Source: Squalus acanthias (taxonomy: Eukaryota). Taken from it: DNA of 64,000 bases. Of this stretch, positions 63,651 through 64,000 are shown in pieces; position 1 is the first letter of the stretch, and each line of letters opens with the position of its first letter. The stretch covers positions 99,138,001 to 99,202,000 of the forward strand of contig CM059434.1 of assembly GCA_030390025.1 (NCBI GenBank), written 5' to 3'. The notes below the pieces were generated by a model that saw only the letters and a list, made by a program, of their open reading frames with translations, made no database searches and was not told where the DNA came from. A program made the position numbers and the translations under genes.

Positions 63651-64000
63651 CGCCGACCTACCAAATCTCACTCACTAGTAATGAGACAATCATTTTGGTA
63701 ATATGTTAACTTGTTAACTATTTTCATATAAGCCACTCTGATAAAAGCACAGTACCATATGATTAAATGTGTTTGTGATCGGTCTCGTTCTTTTGGTCTT
63801 GTATATCTCACTTGCAGCAGTTTCCTGATGCTGCTGGAACTGTACAAACTATAAACAGGGATTTAGAGTGCTAGAAGTCTTAACCTCTTGACAGCACTTT
63901 GGCACAGCAACTAAGTGATTGTATTGTGCCGAACCACTTTTTGTTAAAAGTCATTTATTTTCAGCAAGTGTATTGTAATGCAATCCCCTCCAAACTAACA

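Larger units (their letters stand above)
7678..64000 (-). other. CELSR1: CELSR1 upstream intron (intron 1, >56 kb; the giant cadherin exon 1 lies beyond the window)
   Basis: No cadherin-repeat ORF or other host exon is seen upstream of the acceptor. CELSR genes have a huge exon 1 followed by a long intron 1. Confidence 0.8.

Overview
Vertebrate genomic DNA, most likely a cartilaginous fish (shark-type CR1, L2, Deu-domain SINE, Penelope and Harbinger repeats; taxon is inferred). The only host coding sequence is one 639-bp minus-strand exon (7039-7677) of CELSR1, matching exon 2 of the human gene: end of cadherin repeat 9, membrane-proximal domain, EGF1-2. Everything else appears to be CELSR1 intron (the upstream intron is >56 kb, 7678 to the window end). 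Highlights inside the introns: (1) a 4.65-kb full-length but decayed two-gene PIF/Harbinger transposon (51912-56562) with a spliced Myb/SANT gene, a convergent HARBI1-like DDE transposase and a nested CR1; (2) about ten Harbinger-type MITEs, one sharing subterminal motifs with the large element; (3) a perfect 182-bp Penelope-derived palindrome with a 12-bp TSD that carries a minimal hammerhead-ribozyme motif on both strands (31720-31936); (4) a Penelope>CR1>MITE nested stack; (5) three tandem arrays, including a 23-bp G-quadruplex-unit minisatellite. No CRISPR, rRNA or intact tRNA genes were found. Most repeat boundaries are approximate (read by eye).
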